From Candidatus Staskawiczbacteria bacterium (GTDB lineage: Bacteria > Patescibacteriota > Minisyncoccia > Minisyncoccales > Staskawiczbacteraceae), in contig JBAZYR010000001.1 in assembly GCA_041659225.1 (NCBI GenBank), forward strand, positions 15,266 to 79,265: 64,000 bases of DNA, given 5' to 3'. Shown in pieces: positions 22,095 through 32,446 of the stretch. Every line of letters begins with the position of its first letter. The first letter of the stretch is position 1. The notes beneath the pieces were generated by a model. That model saw only the letters and a program-made list of their open reading frames with translations. It made no database searches and had not been told where the DNA came from. Both the position numbers and the translations under genes were made by a program.

Positions 22095-22123
22095 ATTATA
22101 CTCAAGATTCAAGAATTGTTCAA
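22095..22123 (-). promoter_or_regulatory. uvrA promoter
   Basis: TTGAAC-17 bp-TATAAT, 10 nt upstream of ATG 22084. Confidence 0.6.
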
Positions 22124-22172
22124 GGGTTTGGCATATCGCACTTTTCCTTATCCTGTAGTATTATATATCACT

Positions 22173-23405
22173 ATGGAGAAATTCATTTTCCTGCAAAAAG
22201 AAAAACTGGGAGAGTTGCCGAGAAACACTGGTATATATGCGTTCAAGGGCGCTAATGACTTGATATATATAGGGAAGGCAGCGGATATACGAGAAAGAGT
22301 AAAGAATCATTTCCAGCAACCCACATACCGAGACGACCTATTTATCGACCAAATTAAAAATATCGGCTATATCCGCACAAACTCTGAGATCGAAGCTCTG
22401 CTTTTAGAAGCTCAACTGATTAAAAAATATCAGCCAAAATTCAATGTAATTTGGCGAGACGACAAAAACTATTTTTACATAGCAATCACCAAAGAAGCCC
22501 TCCCTAAAATTTTTATCACTCATCAGCCGAAGGCTGGAGCCGATCACGTCGGTCCTTTTGTCGACGGCAAGGCCGTGAAGGAAACTCTCAGGTTTCTAAG
22601 AAAAATATTCCCCTATTATACGAAGAAACACCCTGCAAAACTCTGCCCATGGTGTCACTTAGGATTATGTCCGGGGCCTGACCCCGATCCTAAGGAATAC
22701 CAAAAAAGTATTCGGAACCTAATGGGCGTGCTGGAAGGTAAAAAAAGGAAGACTATATTATCCTTGCAAAAAGAAATCAAGCTGCTATCTAAAAACCAAA
22801 ATTACGAAAAAGCAGCGAAGGTGCGCGACCAAATTTTTGCTTTGGAGAAAATAATATCAAACGCGAGAATATTTAAAAGATCCCAGCCATTAGAATATAA
22901 CTGGGATGCGACTCAAAAATTGCTTCAAAAGATTATACTCTCTAACAAGAGCATAAAAAGAATCGAAGGATATGATATTTCCAACACCCAAGGCAAGCAA
23001 GCCACTGCCTCGATGGTGGTTTTTACAAACGGCCAGCCGGATAAAAATGAATACAAAAAATTCAAAATACGAATCACAGACGAACCAAATGATGTAGCTA
23101 TGATAAAAGAAGCTTTAAAAAGAAGGCTTAATCATCCCGAGTGGCCGTACCCAGATTTGATATTAATCGACGGTGGAAAGCCACAGCTGAATGCCGCTAA
23201 ATCAGTTGTGGACAAAGCAATTCCAATTATCGCATTAGCTAAACGACGCAATGAGCTATATATTGGAAGCAAGAAAACGCCTGTTTTACTAAAAAAGCTT
23301 CCGCGCGAGATATTCAACTTAATTCTGCAAATTCGGGACGAAAGCCACAGGTTTGCTATTGCTTACCACAAAAAACTGCGGGAAAAACATTTGCTATTTT
23401 CCTAA
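22173..23405 (+). CDS. uvrC: Excinuclease ABC subunit C (short form, no C-terminal HhH)
   Basis: GIY..IYIGKA (GIY-YIG), [21 protein letters not shown] motif [39 protein letters not shown]. Confidence 0.93.
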   Translation: MEKFIFLQKEKLGELPRNTGIYAFKGANDLIYIGKAADIRERVKNHFQQPTYRDDLFIDQIKNIGYIRTNSEIEALLLEAQLIKKYQPKFNVIWRDDKNYFYIAITKEALPKIFITHQPKAGADHVGPFVDGKAVKETLRFLRKIFPYYTKKHPAKLCPWCHLGLCPGPDPDPKEYQKSIRNLMGVLEGKKRKTILSLQKEIKLLSKNQNYEKAAKVRDQIFALEKIISNARIFKRSQPLEYNWDATQKLLQKIILSNKSIKRIEGYDISNTQGKQATASMVVFTNGQPDKNEYKKFKIRITDEPNDVAMIKEALKRRLNHPEWPYPDLILIDGGKPQLNAAKSVVDKAIPIIALAKRRNELYIGSKKTPVLLKKLPREIFNLILQIRDESHRFAIAYHKKLREKHLLFS

Positions 23406-23426
23406 ATATTTGCTATTATCAGAAAG

Positions 23427-23822
23427 ATGATACGAAAGGTAATCTCTCATATAGTGGCTGGTATTTTGGGTTTATGGCTGGCTACTTTGTTTATCTCGGG
23501 GGTAAGTATAAAAGTTTTACCGGACTCTACCTTCTTCGGAATTCCCTTATCAACCACTTGGCATGTAATAATCCTGCTTGGCGTTATAATCGGCTTGCTG
23601 AATATATTCTTAAAACCAATTTTAAAAACAATCACTCTGCCCTTAAGAATCATAACGCTCGGTTTATTCAGCCTGGTGATAAATATGGTTCTAATCTGGG
23701 CCGTTGACTTAATATTCCGAGAATTAACCATTGTTTGGTTCCTTCCCCTGCTCTACACAACCTTAATAATCTGGGCCCTAAGTATTTTAATCCCGGCCCC
23801 ATTCAGGAAAAAAGAAAAATAA
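23427..23822 (+). CDS. Four-TM phage-holin-like (YvlD/DUF360) membrane protein
   Basis: GLLNIFLKPILKTITLPLRIITLGLFSLVIN signature. Confidence 0.88.
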   Translation: MIRKVISHIVAGILGLWLATLFISGVSIKVLPDSTFFGIPLSTTWHVIILLGVIIGLLNIFLKPILKTITLPLRIITLGLFSLVINMVLIWAVDLIFRELTIVWFLPLLYTTLIIWALSILIPAPFRKKEK

Positions 23823-23829
23823 ATAAAAC

Positions 23830-24048
23830 ATGCAACAATATTTACTCATAGCTCAAATCGTAGTTTCCATATTAATAATAATTAGTATCGTTTTGCAGCA
23901 AAAGGGGGCAGCCCTTGGGTCTGCTTTTGGCGGAGGCGGAGCCGAATCTTATTCCAGCAAGCGCGGAATGGAGAAAAAACTTTACTACGCCACAATAATC
24001 CTAGCGGGTATTTTCATACTTCTGGGAATTTTCAATCTTTTAATCTAA
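23830..24048 (+). CDS. secG: Preprotein translocase subunit SecG
   Basis: IVLQQKGAALGSAFGGG..KRGMEKKL between two TM helices. Confidence 0.92.
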   Translation: MQQYLLIAQIVVSILIIISIVLQQKGAALGSAFGGGGAESYSSKRGMEKKLYYATIILAGIFILLGIFNLLI

Positions 24049-26027
24049 TGAAGCAAATTCGCTTTCCAAAGTTTTCTCAGTGGAAAAGAATTTTTAAGAT
24101 ACTCCACAAAAAAGAAAAAATAGCTTTTTCAACGCTTTTGGCTTTAGCCGGCATATCTTTCATTGTTCTCTTCACCAGCATATATATCAATAACACTATA
24201 GTTGTTCCCAAATCCGGGGGATCTTTTATTGAAGGCGCGGTGGGGCAGCCAAGGTTCCTAAATCCTATATATGGCGAAACGAGCGATATTGACCGTGATT
24301 TGACTGAACTTATCTTCTCGGGCCTAATGACGTACGACAATAATGGTCAGATCATTACCGACTTAGTTGAGGAATACAAAATTTCAGAGGACGGAAGAAC
24401 TTATGAGTTTAAATTGAAGCCGAACATCCTTTGGCACGACGGAGAATCTCTTACATCAGATGATGTAATTTTCACAATCCAAACGATCCAAAATTCTGAC
24501 TATAAAAGCCCTATTAGGGCGAACTGGCTGGATGTTGAAACAGAAAAAATCTCTGGCACATCCTTTAAATTAAGACTTAAAAGTCCTTACAACTCTTTCC
24601 TGGAAAACTGCACTTTGAAAATAATACCGAAGCATGTTTGGGAGAACATTCTACCTGAAAACTTTGCTCTTTCCTTCTATAACCTCCAACCAATCGGCTC
24701 CGGCCCCTATAAATTCAAGGGGTTAAAGCAAACAGACGCCGGATTTATCAAATCCATAGTATTAACATCTAACCAAAACTACTATAAACAGCCTGCTTTT
24801 ATTTCAGAAATTTCTTTTAACTTTTACGAGAAAAAAGAAAATCTATTGAGCGCGGTCAATAGGAGAGAAATCCATAGCTTCTCATCCTCATACCTAAGCG
24901 ACCAATCTTCTGCACCGAAAAGCTTTGTTCTTCATTCTATGGAAACGCCCAGATATTTTTCCGTTTTCTTAAACATTGCGAATTCTGATATTGTCTCCGA
25001 TAAAAAAATCCGGGAGGCCCTGAACTATGCAACCGATAAAAAAGGAATAGTTGACGCTTTAAACGCCTCTTTCTCAAAGAAATACAATGCTGATCCGTTC
25101 CATACCATCGAATCCCCGATCCTCCCCGGATTCTTCGGATACGCAAGCCCCGAAAGCACCTATGCTTTTGACCTAGAAAAAGCTAAGGAAATATTTGATA
25201 AAGCAGGCTTTAAAGAAAACGAACAAGGTTTGAGAGAAAAAAGCATTAATAAAAAACCCGCCTTCCAATTTAAAAGTTCCCTATCCGTTGGATCGAAAGG
25301 AAGCGAAGTAGAGGAACTGCAAAAATGCTTAGCCAAAGATCCTGAAATATATACAGGAGACGCAACCGGCTATTTCGGAAACGCAACCAAGGAGGGAGTA
25401 ACTAAATTCCAAAAAAAATATTTGCCTGACTTAGCAGCTAAGAGCATAGGATCTGTCGGAAAATCTACAATAACGAAATTAAATGAGCTTTGCACTCCTC
25501 CGGCCCAATCAACATTGCCGCTTAAAGTAGTAATAACTACTGTCAACCAACCCTCTTTAACCCAGGTGGCAGATATTTTAAAGTCACAATGGGCAAAGGT
25601 TGGCGTTACTGTCGAAGTGAATGTTTTAAGTATTTCTGATTTGAAATCAGTGATCAAAGATAGAAGCTATGAAAGCTTGCTTTATGGAGAAGCATTAGGA
25701 ATGCTATTTGACCCATACCCATTTTGGCATTCAAGTCAGATAATTGATCCTGGATTGAACTTAACCGGATATGAAAACGCGGCGGCAGACAAACTACTGA
25801 AGGCGGGCAGAGAGACTCTGGACGAAGCTGAGAAAAAAGAAACCTACGAAAGTTTCCAGGAAATACTACTCAGCGACGCGCCAGCCGTGTTCCTGTATAG
25901 CTCTGACTACCTATATCTGGCGAATAAAAAGACAAAAGGAATCGATGCGATAAAAATAGTGGATCCGGCAAAAAGATTCTCTAATGTTGAGGATTGGTAT
26001 ATCAAAACAAAAAGAATATGGAGATAG
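24048..26027 (+). CDS. Family 5 (peptide/nickel) ABC substrate-binding protein with inserted peptidoglycan-binding domain
   Basis: IFSGLM..DGRTYEFKLK..WHDGESLTSDDVIFT, PIGSGPYKF, DPYPFWHSSQ; insert LSVGSKGSEVEELQKCL..TGYFGNATKEGVTKFQ. Confidence 0.88.
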   Translation: MKQIRFPKFSQWKRIFKILHKKEKIAFSTLLALAGISFIVLFTSIYINNTIVVPKSGGSFIEGAVGQPRFLNPIYGETSDIDRDLTELIFSGLMTYDNNGQIITDLVEEYKISEDGRTYEFKLKPNILWHDGESLTSDDVIFTIQTIQNSDYKSPIRANWLDVETEKISGTSFKLRLKSPYNSFLENCTLKIIPKHVWENILPENFALSFYNLQPIGSGPYKFKGLKQTDAGFIKSIVLTSNQNYYKQPAFISEISFNFYEKKENLLSAVNRREIHSFSSSYLSDQSSAPKSFVLHSMETPRYFSVFLNIANSDIVSDKKIREALNYATDKKGIVDALNASFSKKYNADPFHTIESPILPGFFGYASPESTYAFDLEKAKEIFDKAGFKENEQGLREKSINKKPAFQFKSSLSVGSKGSEVEELQKCLAKDPEIYTGDATGYFGNATKEGVTKFQKKYLPDLAAKSIGSVGKSTITKLNELCTPPAQSTLPLKVVITTVNQPSLTQVADILKSQWAKVGVTVEVNVLSISDLKSVIKDRSYESLLYGEALGMLFDPYPFWHSSQIIDPGLNLTGYENAAADKLLKAGRETLDEAEKKETYESFQEILLSDAPAVFLYSSDYLYLANKKTKGIDAIKIVDPAKRFSNVEDWYIKTKRIWR

Positions 26028-26599
26028 ACTTTAGCGACAAAAAACCGGATATCAGATACTTAGACGACATGAGAATGGTTCTTTCCGATAAAGAATGGGC
26101 AAAGACCGCACCGAACCTTGAACTATACAATATGTACCGCTCCTTAGAAACGAAAGACGGGGTAAGGTACGACATCACCGTGATCCCGCCTGCTATGTTG
26201 GGCGATGAATTTGTTAAAACTAAAGGCCACGAGCATCTCAACAACCGCGGAGAAATATATATAGTTCTCGAAGGACAAGCTATTTATCTTATGCAGAGAA
26301 GAACAGAAGACCACGTTGACGATGCTTATGCGGTAAAGGCAAAAAAGGGCGATGTAGTAATCATCCCTCCCCTATACGGACACACTACTATCAATCCTTC
26401 GAACGAAACCTTAAAAATGGGCAACTGGATTGCATCCGAGTGCAAAAATTATTTTGCTTTCTTTGAAAAGATGCAAGGCGCCTGCTACTATTACACAAAA
26501 AATGGCTGGGTCAAAAACGAAGCGTATAAAGATGCTCCTGCGCTTCGATACGAAGAACCCTCAAAATCTCTCCCAGAAGATTTAAACTTCTTAAAATAA
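26018..26599 (+). CDS. Cupin-type (archaeal-type) glucose-6-phosphate isomerase family protein
   Basis: RYDITVIPP, EFVKTKGHEH, EIYIVLEG, IIPPLYGHTTINP. Confidence 0.85.
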   Translation: MEIDFSDKKPDIRYLDDMRMVLSDKEWAKTAPNLELYNMYRSLETKDGVRYDITVIPPAMLGDEFVKTKGHEHLNNRGEIYIVLEGQAIYLMQRRTEDHVDDAYAVKAKKGDVVIIPPLYGHTTINPSNETLKMGNWIASECKNYFAFFEKMQGACYYYTKNGWVKNEAYKDAPALRYEEPSKSLPEDLNFLK

Positions 26600-26603
26600 A
26601 CCT

Positions 26604-26688
26604 GCCGCGGTGGTGAAATTGGCAAACACGTACGGTTCAGAGCCGTATCCCGCAAGGGTTGTGGGTTCAACTCCCACCCGCGGCACCA
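26604..26688 (+). tRNA. tRNA-Leu(CAG)
   Basis: GCCGCGG/CCGCGGC acceptor, anticodon loop TTCAGAG, long variable arm, GGTTCAACTCC, ends ACCA. Confidence 0.96.
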
Positions 26689-26719
26689 AATCACACTCTT
26701 AACAATTAACTAAACAAAT

Positions 26720-28456
26720 ATGAACAGACAAAGAAATCTAGCACCTGCTAGAAAAGAAAACCCTATAGCCAAGCAGGCTTGGTTCGGGACAAACAGCTTA
26801 AAAATTATTCCTCTCGGAGGATGCGAAGAAGTTGGAAGGAACATGACGGTTTTTGAATATGGGAAAGATATTGTAATCATTGATATGGGTATTCAGTTTC
26901 CAGAAGAAGATATGCCTGGAATTGATTATGTAATCCCGAATATCGACTATTTAAAAGGAAAAGAAAAAAACATCCGGGGCGTTCTTTTCTCCCACGGTCA
27001 CTTAGACCATATCGGAGCCGCCCATATACTTTTGGAGAAATTGGGCAATCCTTTAATTATCGGTCGGCCGCTTACAATAGAAATGATAAAAAGGAGATAC
27101 GAGGATGCAAGGCGGGGAAGCTCGAAAAAACTGAATATAACTTACGTTAAAGATATTAACGACAAGATAAGCTTGGGAGTATTTAATATAAGCTTCTTCC
27201 AGGTAGACCATGCCATTATGGATGCTGTTGGAACCATACTGCAGACTCCGCCAGCGACAATAATACACCCCGGCGACTGGACAATTGAGAGACAACCGGT
27301 CGGGAGAAAGGAGATAAAATACTCAGAACTCGCAAAATTGAAAAGGCCAACCATTCTAATGCTCGAAAGCATAGGCGCAGTTAACAAAGAGATGCCGGTT
27401 ACAGAAGAGGAGATGTTAAAAAACCTGCACGGTTTGATCAGTTCAGCGCCAGGCAGAATAATCGTCGCTACTTTTTCTTCACAACTGCAAAGGATAAAAC
27501 AAATCCTTGAATATGCCCAAAAGGTCAACAAGAAGGTTGCTTTTGACGGCTACTCGATGAAGCTGAATGTTGAAATAGCAAAGGAGCTTGGATATATCAA
27601 GCCGATGAAAGACGTAATAATTCCCATTGACAGAATACATGAATATCCAGAGAATAAAATAGTGATAATATGCACTGGGGGTCAAGGGGAAGAAATGTCC
27701 GTGCTCCCAAGAATAACAACCGGGAATCATCGGTACATTAAGATAAAAAAGAGTGATACTGTTATCTTCTCCTCGTCTATAATCCCAGGCAACGAAAGAG
27801 CAATACAACGGTTAAAAGATAATCTTTACAGGCTTTCTGACAATGTAATTCACGGAGAGATAATGGACGTTCACATATCCGGACATAGCAATATATTCGA
27901 TATTGAAAAAATAATCAAAGATATTAAGCCTGACTATTTCATACCTGTTTACGCCAACCACTACATGCTAAAGGAAGCTGCGAAGATAGCATATAACAGC
28001 GGTGTGCCCAAGGATAAAGTATTTATTCCGGATAATGGTTCGGTTATAGAAGTTACAGGCAGCGGAGTAAAAGTATTGAAAGAAAAAGTTCAAACCAGCT
28101 ATGTGTTCGTCGACGGACTAGGCGTTGGGGATGTAGGAGAGATCGTTCTAAGGGACCGCCAGGTTCTTTCAAACGATGGCATGTTTGTTATCGTAGCTAT
28201 CGTAGACAGACAAACAGGTAAAGTAAGAGGATCACCGGATATAATTTCCAGAGGATTTGTCTATCTCAAAGAGTCAAAAGACTTATTGGCGCAGACAAGA
28301 AGGAAAGTAATTGATATAGTAGATAAAGCAGCCGGATCTGGCGGAGCGATAAACTGGGTATATATCAAAGACGAAATAAGAAACAAGGTTGGAGACTTCC
28401 TACACTCCAAAACAGAACGTCGGCCAATGGTTCTGCCCGTAGTTATCGAGGTATAA
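26720..28456 (+). CDS. rnj: Ribonuclease J
   Basis: PLGGCEEVGRNM, SHGHLDHIGA, IPGNE, VHISGH, PDIISRGFVY, RRPMVLPVVIEV. Confidence 0.95.
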   Translation: MNRQRNLAPARKENPIAKQAWFGTNSLKIIPLGGCEEVGRNMTVFEYGKDIVIIDMGIQFPEEDMPGIDYVIPNIDYLKGKEKNIRGVLFSHGHLDHIGAAHILLEKLGNPLIIGRPLTIEMIKRRYEDARRGSSKKLNITYVKDINDKISLGVFNISFFQVDHAIMDAVGTILQTPPATIIHPGDWTIERQPVGRKEIKYSELAKLKRPTILMLESIGAVNKEMPVTEEEMLKNLHGLISSAPGRIIVATFSSQLQRIKQILEYAQKVNKKVAFDGYSMKLNVEIAKELGYIKPMKDVIIPIDRIHEYPENKIVIICTGGQGEEMSVLPRITTGNHRYIKIKKSDTVIFSSSIIPGNERAIQRLKDNLYRLSDNVIHGEIMDVHISGHSNIFDIEKIIKDIKPDYFIPVYANHYMLKEAAKIAYNSGVPKDKVFIPDNGSVIEVTGSGVKVLKEKVQTSYVFVDGLGVGDVGEIVLRDRQVLSNDGMFVIVAIVDRQTGKVRGSPDIISRGFVYLKESKDLLAQTRRKVIDIVDKAAGSGGAINWVYIKDEIRNKVGDFLHSKTERRPMVLPVVIEV

Positions 28457-28470
28457 TTTAAAAAAACATT

Positions 28471-29448
28471 ATGCGCATATTATCTGGCATACAACCAACC
28501 GGAGACATTCATATCGGAAACTACTTGGGAGCTTTAAAACAGTGGATAGAGCTTCAAAATAAAAACGAGTGTATCTTTTTTGTTGCTGACTTGCATTCTC
28601 TCACTGTTCCCTACGAACAAAAATCTTTACAAAAATCCATTATTGAGAAGGTAATCTCCTACGTCGCCGCCGGCTTAGACCCTGAAAAAAGCATCATCTT
28701 TGTCCAGTCGCAAATCAAAGAACACACAGAGCTTGCTTGGTTTTTAAATACTGTCTGCCCAGTTGGCGAATTGCAGAGAATGACCCAGTATAAAGAGAAA
28801 TCGAAGAAATTCAAAGATAATATCAATGCTGCTCTTTTAGACTATCCTGTCTTGATGGCTGCAGATATTTTACTCTACCGGGCCGACGCAGTGCCAGTTG
28901 GCAAAGATCAGACGCAACACGTTGAGCTGACAAGGACTTTAGTTAGAAAGTTCAACCAGAAGTTTGGAAAAACTTTTACTGAACCCGAGACTATCATACC
29001 GAAATCCGGAGCAAAGATAATGAGCTTAGTCGACCCGAAAAAGAAGATGTCAAAGACTGATAACCCTCAAAGCTATATCTCTCTGTTCGATGAGCCTGAA
29101 GATATACAGAAAAAAATAATGTCAGCCACTACAGATTCAGGAAAACATGTGAAGTACGACCCGATTAAAAAGCCGGGTATTTCTAATCTTTTGACGATTT
29201 ACAGCCTTTTAGATAACAAATCAATAAAGGAATTGGAAAAGAAGTTCAAAGACAAAGGCTACGGTGACTTTAAAAAATCCTTGACGAAACTGGTCATAGA
29301 GTTTCTCGATCCGTTCCGCAAGAAACAAAAAGAACTTTCGCAAAGAGAGGTGTATGTAAAAGAGATATTAAGCAGAGGGAAAAACAGGGCTCAGAGTATC
29401 GCTCAAATCACAATGCAGGAGGTAAAAGAAAAGATGGGATTAATATAA
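28471..29448 (+). CDS. trpS: Tryptophan--tRNA ligase
   Basis: SGIQPTG.IHIGNYLGA, YPVLMAADILLY, VPVGKDQTQH, KMSKT. Confidence 0.97.
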   Translation: MRILSGIQPTGDIHIGNYLGALKQWIELQNKNECIFFVADLHSLTVPYEQKSLQKSIIEKVISYVAAGLDPEKSIIFVQSQIKEHTELAWFLNTVCPVGELQRMTQYKEKSKKFKDNINAALLDYPVLMAADILLYRADAVPVGKDQTQHVELTRTLVRKFNQKFGKTFTEPETIIPKSGAKIMSLVDPKKKMSKTDNPQSYISLFDEPEDIQKKIMSATTDSGKHVKYDPIKKPGISNLLTIYSLLDNKSIKELEKKFKDKGYGDFKKSLTKLVIEFLDPFRKKQKELSQREVYVKEILSRGKNRAQSIAQITMQEVKEKMGLI

Positions 29449-29457
29449 TATGCAACT

Positions 29458-29496
29458 AAAAACCAGTACCATCTATTCTAGATACACTGGTTTTTT
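29458..29496 (+). terminator. Putative terminator after trpS
   Basis: AAAAACCAGT/ACTGGTTTTTT inverted repeat with a long loop. Confidence 0.5.
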
Positions 29497-29521
29497 GATA
29501 AAATAGCTAATATTTAAAAAT

Positions 29522-30514
29522 ATGAAAAAAATACTTATTATAGTTATAGTTTTAGCTCTGATTATAATCATCGTTGGTATATTTAGCTCCAAGCCCGACA
29601 AACCATATGTAAGGAGCACGGCACGAACATTTCTTATGGGTTTCGTACCAATCCCAGCGCAGCCACTTACCACCGACAACTGGCTGTCGGCTTTCGATTT
29701 ATTTAGCAAAAATTCTGATCTTGTGATGCACCACGTTCACTTTGATTCAGGTAATATCGAAGGCCTGAACTTTATTACCGGGATGGCTACAAAATATAAC
29801 TTAAAAACTTTAATCGTCATCGACCCGCTTTCAGACGATCGAACAAAAATAGATCCGGGATTATTAGCCTTGGGTAAGGACTTCGCCGATCAAAAAGTTA
29901 GGGACTCCTATACTAATTTAGCCGTAAAAGTAGCGACAGAATATTCTCCCGAATTTCTAAGTTTGGGATCTGAAATAAATACTTATTTAGCCAATAACCC
30001 GTCAGACGCAACAGCCTTTATTTCCTTAATCGAGGAAACAAACGTACAAATCAAGCAAGCGGCACCTGGGATAACAACGACTCTCAGCCTCCAATATGAA
30101 GAACTTGCCGGTAAAACCGGCAAAGCCGAGTGGGAAATAGCGAAACAATTAAATGGCACAGTTGATGCTATCGCTTTTACTACCTACCCTAGCGCTTTCT
30201 TCAATAGCCCCGAGGAAATTCCCTCGGATTATTATTCCCAGATAAAGGATAATATAACTGCCCCATTGATAATAGCTGAATCCGGCTGGCCAAGCGCAGG
30301 CTCTCATGGATCTGCAACAAAACAGAAAGCATTCGTTGAAAAACTATCGCAGGTGTCAGACGACCTTAAGGTCAAGGCTTGGATTTGGTGGTTCCCGCAT
30401 GATTGGGACGGCGCCGGCTACGCTGAAGTTTTCAAGACTATGGGATTGAGAAAAGCTAACGGGACGCCTAAGTCTGCTTGGGATAGTTGGGTCGCAATAT
30501 ATAGAGCTAATTAA
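29522..30514 (+). CDS. Membrane-anchored clan GH-A TIM-barrel glycoside hydrolase-like protein
   Basis: N-terminal TM; LSLGSEIN (acid/base), DAIAFTTYP, IIAESGWP (nucleophile), MGLRKANGTPKSAWDSW. Confidence 0.75.
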   Translation: MKKILIIVIVLALIIIIVGIFSSKPDKPYVRSTARTFLMGFVPIPAQPLTTDNWLSAFDLFSKNSDLVMHHVHFDSGNIEGLNFITGMATKYNLKTLIVIDPLSDDRTKIDPGLLALGKDFADQKVRDSYTNLAVKVATEYSPEFLSLGSEINTYLANNPSDATAFISLIEETNVQIKQAAPGITTTLSLQYEELAGKTGKAEWEIAKQLNGTVDAIAFTTYPSAFFNSPEEIPSDYYSQIKDNITAPLIIAESGWPSAGSHGSATKQKAFVEKLSQVSDDLKVKAWIWWFPHDWDGAGYAEVFKTMGLRKANGTPKSAWDSWVAIYRAN

Positions 30515-30531
30515 CAAACTACTTATTACAG

Positions 30532-30560
30532 AAAAATCCCGCTGGCGGCGGGATTTTTTT
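30532..30560. terminator. Bidirectional intrinsic terminator between convergent genes
   Basis: AAAAATCCCGC-loop-GCGGGATTTTTT. Confidence 0.8.
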
Positions 30561-30575
30561 AAACTAAAAGTATAA

Positions 30576-31910
30576 TCATTTACTCACTAACTCAGAAAGG
30601 TCCTTTATCTTTTCCTCTAATAGACTTTCGTTATCTGCTTCGATCGTTACTCTCAAAAGCGGCTCGGTGTTTGACGGCCTGACATTAAACCACCAATTCT
30701 CGTACTCAACAGTCACTCCGTCCAAATATTCCTGATTTCCGTCTGAATATTTTTCTTTTACTTTATTCAGAATCGAATCCTTGTCCTCAACTCTAAAGTT
30801 TATTTCCGGAGATTTAAAATATGGGGACAGATTGGCAACCAACTCAGAAACTTTTTTGTTAGACTCGGAAATAATCTGAAGAAGAATCAAAAAAGCTAAA
30901 AAGCCGGAATCGCCGTAATAATTGTCCTTAAAGCAGTAATGGCTAGATAGTTCCCCGCCCATCAATCCATTAGTTTCTATTAATTTATCTTGGACATTAA
31001 CAAACCCAACTGGACATTTAAAGGCTATGCCTCCCAATTTTTTTATTGTTTCTGGAACCGACCTAGAGCATATCGCGTTGTAAACAATGCTCGCGCCGGG
31101 GTTCCGGTCTAAAAAATATTTAGCCAAGAGTAAAAGCGTAACATCTGCTTGCGCAGAATTTCCCCTTTCATCTATCAAGAAAATCCTATCGGCATCGCCA
31201 TCAAAGATAAACCCAAAATCAGCCTTCTCCTTTTTAACTCTTCCCTTAACTTCGTCCATAACACCTTTTTCTAGCGGGTTAGACGGGTGCGCCGGGAAAC
31301 TCCCGTCTAACTCAAAATTTAACGGAATTATTTCAACCGGTAATCGATCAGCTAATAGCGGAACGACTAACCCCGCCATACCGTTACCTGCATCAACCAC
31401 TATTTTTTTAGCCTTCATTTTGCTCAAATCAACCAGAGAAAGAATATAGTCAAGGAAGGCTGGCGTAACATCTACTTTTTCTATCTTACCTTTATCTTTG
31501 CTAGCGAGCAGTCCGACATTCACCACGGTATCGTACAGATCCCTTCCGCGGATCATTCTGAAACCATCGCCTACTTTTTTGATAATCTTAAAGCCATTAT
31601 ATTCTTTCGGATTATGGCTCGCTGTAATCATAACTCCCGCGTCATATCCATATTTACCAATAGTAAAGTACAGGACCTCAGTTGCTATCTTCCCTAGGTC
31701 GCAGACATCGCTTCCAGCCTCAATAACGCCCCTGCAGAGCGCTTCAAATAGCTGGGGCGAGGAAATACGCATATCCCTGCCAATTGCCACCTTTTTAGCA
31801 CCCGTATATTCAACAAGGCCCTGTCCTATGGAATAAGCGGCCTCTTCGTTCATTTCCTCAGGATAAGTCCCGCGGATATCATAAGATTTAAAAATGTTGG
31901 GAGAAATCAT
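30576..31910 (-). CDS. manB: Phosphomannomutase/phosphoglucomutase
   Basis: FKSYDIRG, ITASHNP, FDGDADR, GGELSSHY, VRPSNTEP. Confidence 0.93.
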   Translation of the reverse strand: MISPNIFKSYDIRGTYPEEMNEEAAYSIGQGLVEYTGAKKVAIGRDMRISSPQLFEALCRGVIEAGSDVCDLGKIATEVLYFTIGKYGYDAGVMITASHNPKEYNGFKIIKKVGDGFRMIRGRDLYDTVVNVGLLASKDKGKIEKVDVTPAFLDYILSLVDLSKMKAKKIVVDAGNGMAGLVVPLLADRLPVEIIPLNFELDGSFPAHPSNPLEKGVMDEVKGRVKKEKADFGFIFDGDADRIFLIDERGNSAQADVTLLLLAKYFLDRNPGASIVYNAICSRSVPETIKKLGGIAFKCPVGFVNVQDKLIETNGLMGGELSSHYCFKDNYYGDSGFLAFLILLQIISESNKKVSELVANLSPYFKSPEINFRVEDKDSILNKVKEKYSDGNQEYLDGVTVEYENWWFNVRPSNTEPLLRVTIEADNESLLEEKIKDLSELVSK

Positions 31911-31936
31911 AATAGTTTATTATATCACTATTGGGC

Positions 31937-31965
31937 TTGATTATCTAATAGTTTACTGCTATAAT
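31937..31965 (+). promoter_or_regulatory. rpsF-ssb-rpsR promoter
   Basis: TTGATT-17 bp-TATAAT with a TG extended -10. Confidence 0.65.
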
Positions 31966-32000
31966 ACCGATATAAATATTGTTAATATTATATTACCATA

Positions 32001-32432
32001 ATGAAATTATACGAGCTAACTTACCTTGTTTCTACTGAGCTAAAAAACGAGGAAGTAGAAAAAACCGCCTCAGAGATAGATACTTTCTTACAACAAGAGG
32101 GCGCTATTATCATGAAATCGGGCGTAGCTATGCCGAAAACCCTCGGATATCAGATAAAAAGACAGGGATCTGCCTTTATACTAAGCTTAGATTTTAACTC
32201 TGAGCCAGAAACCGCTAAAAAGCTGGAAGAGACGATGAGAAAGAATCCAAGGGTTATACGCTTCTTAGTCATTGCTAAACGACCAGCTAGGGTGAAAAAG
32301 ATAAGGGAGAGGGAAGAAAAAAAGGTGATGAAAGAAGTAGAAATACCAGTAGGAGAAAAATTCAAGAAGAGCGAAAAGAAAGTAGAGTTAAAGGATATCG
32401 AAGAAAAACTCGAGGAAATATTAAGTGAATAA
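32001..32432 (+). CDS. rpsF: 30S ribosomal protein S6
   Basis: YELTYLV, KTLGYQIK, VIRFLV; canonical rpsF-ssb-rpsR order. Confidence 0.9.
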   Translation: MKLYELTYLVSTELKNEEVEKTASEIDTFLQQEGAIIMKSGVAMPKTLGYQIKRQGSAFILSLDFNSEPETAKKLEETMRKNPRVIRFLVIAKRPARVKKIREREEKKVMKEVEIPVGEKFKKSEKKVELKDIEEKLEEILSE

Positions 32433-32446
32433 ATTAGTAAAAAATT

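Noticed and set aside
21969-22172. N-terminal extension of the uvrC ORF
   Set aside because: It overlaps uvrA on the opposite strand; GIY-YIG homology starts after ATG 22173.
23427-23822. Prophage implied by the holin-like gene
   Set aside because: This family is commonly chromosomal, and no phage genes are nearby.
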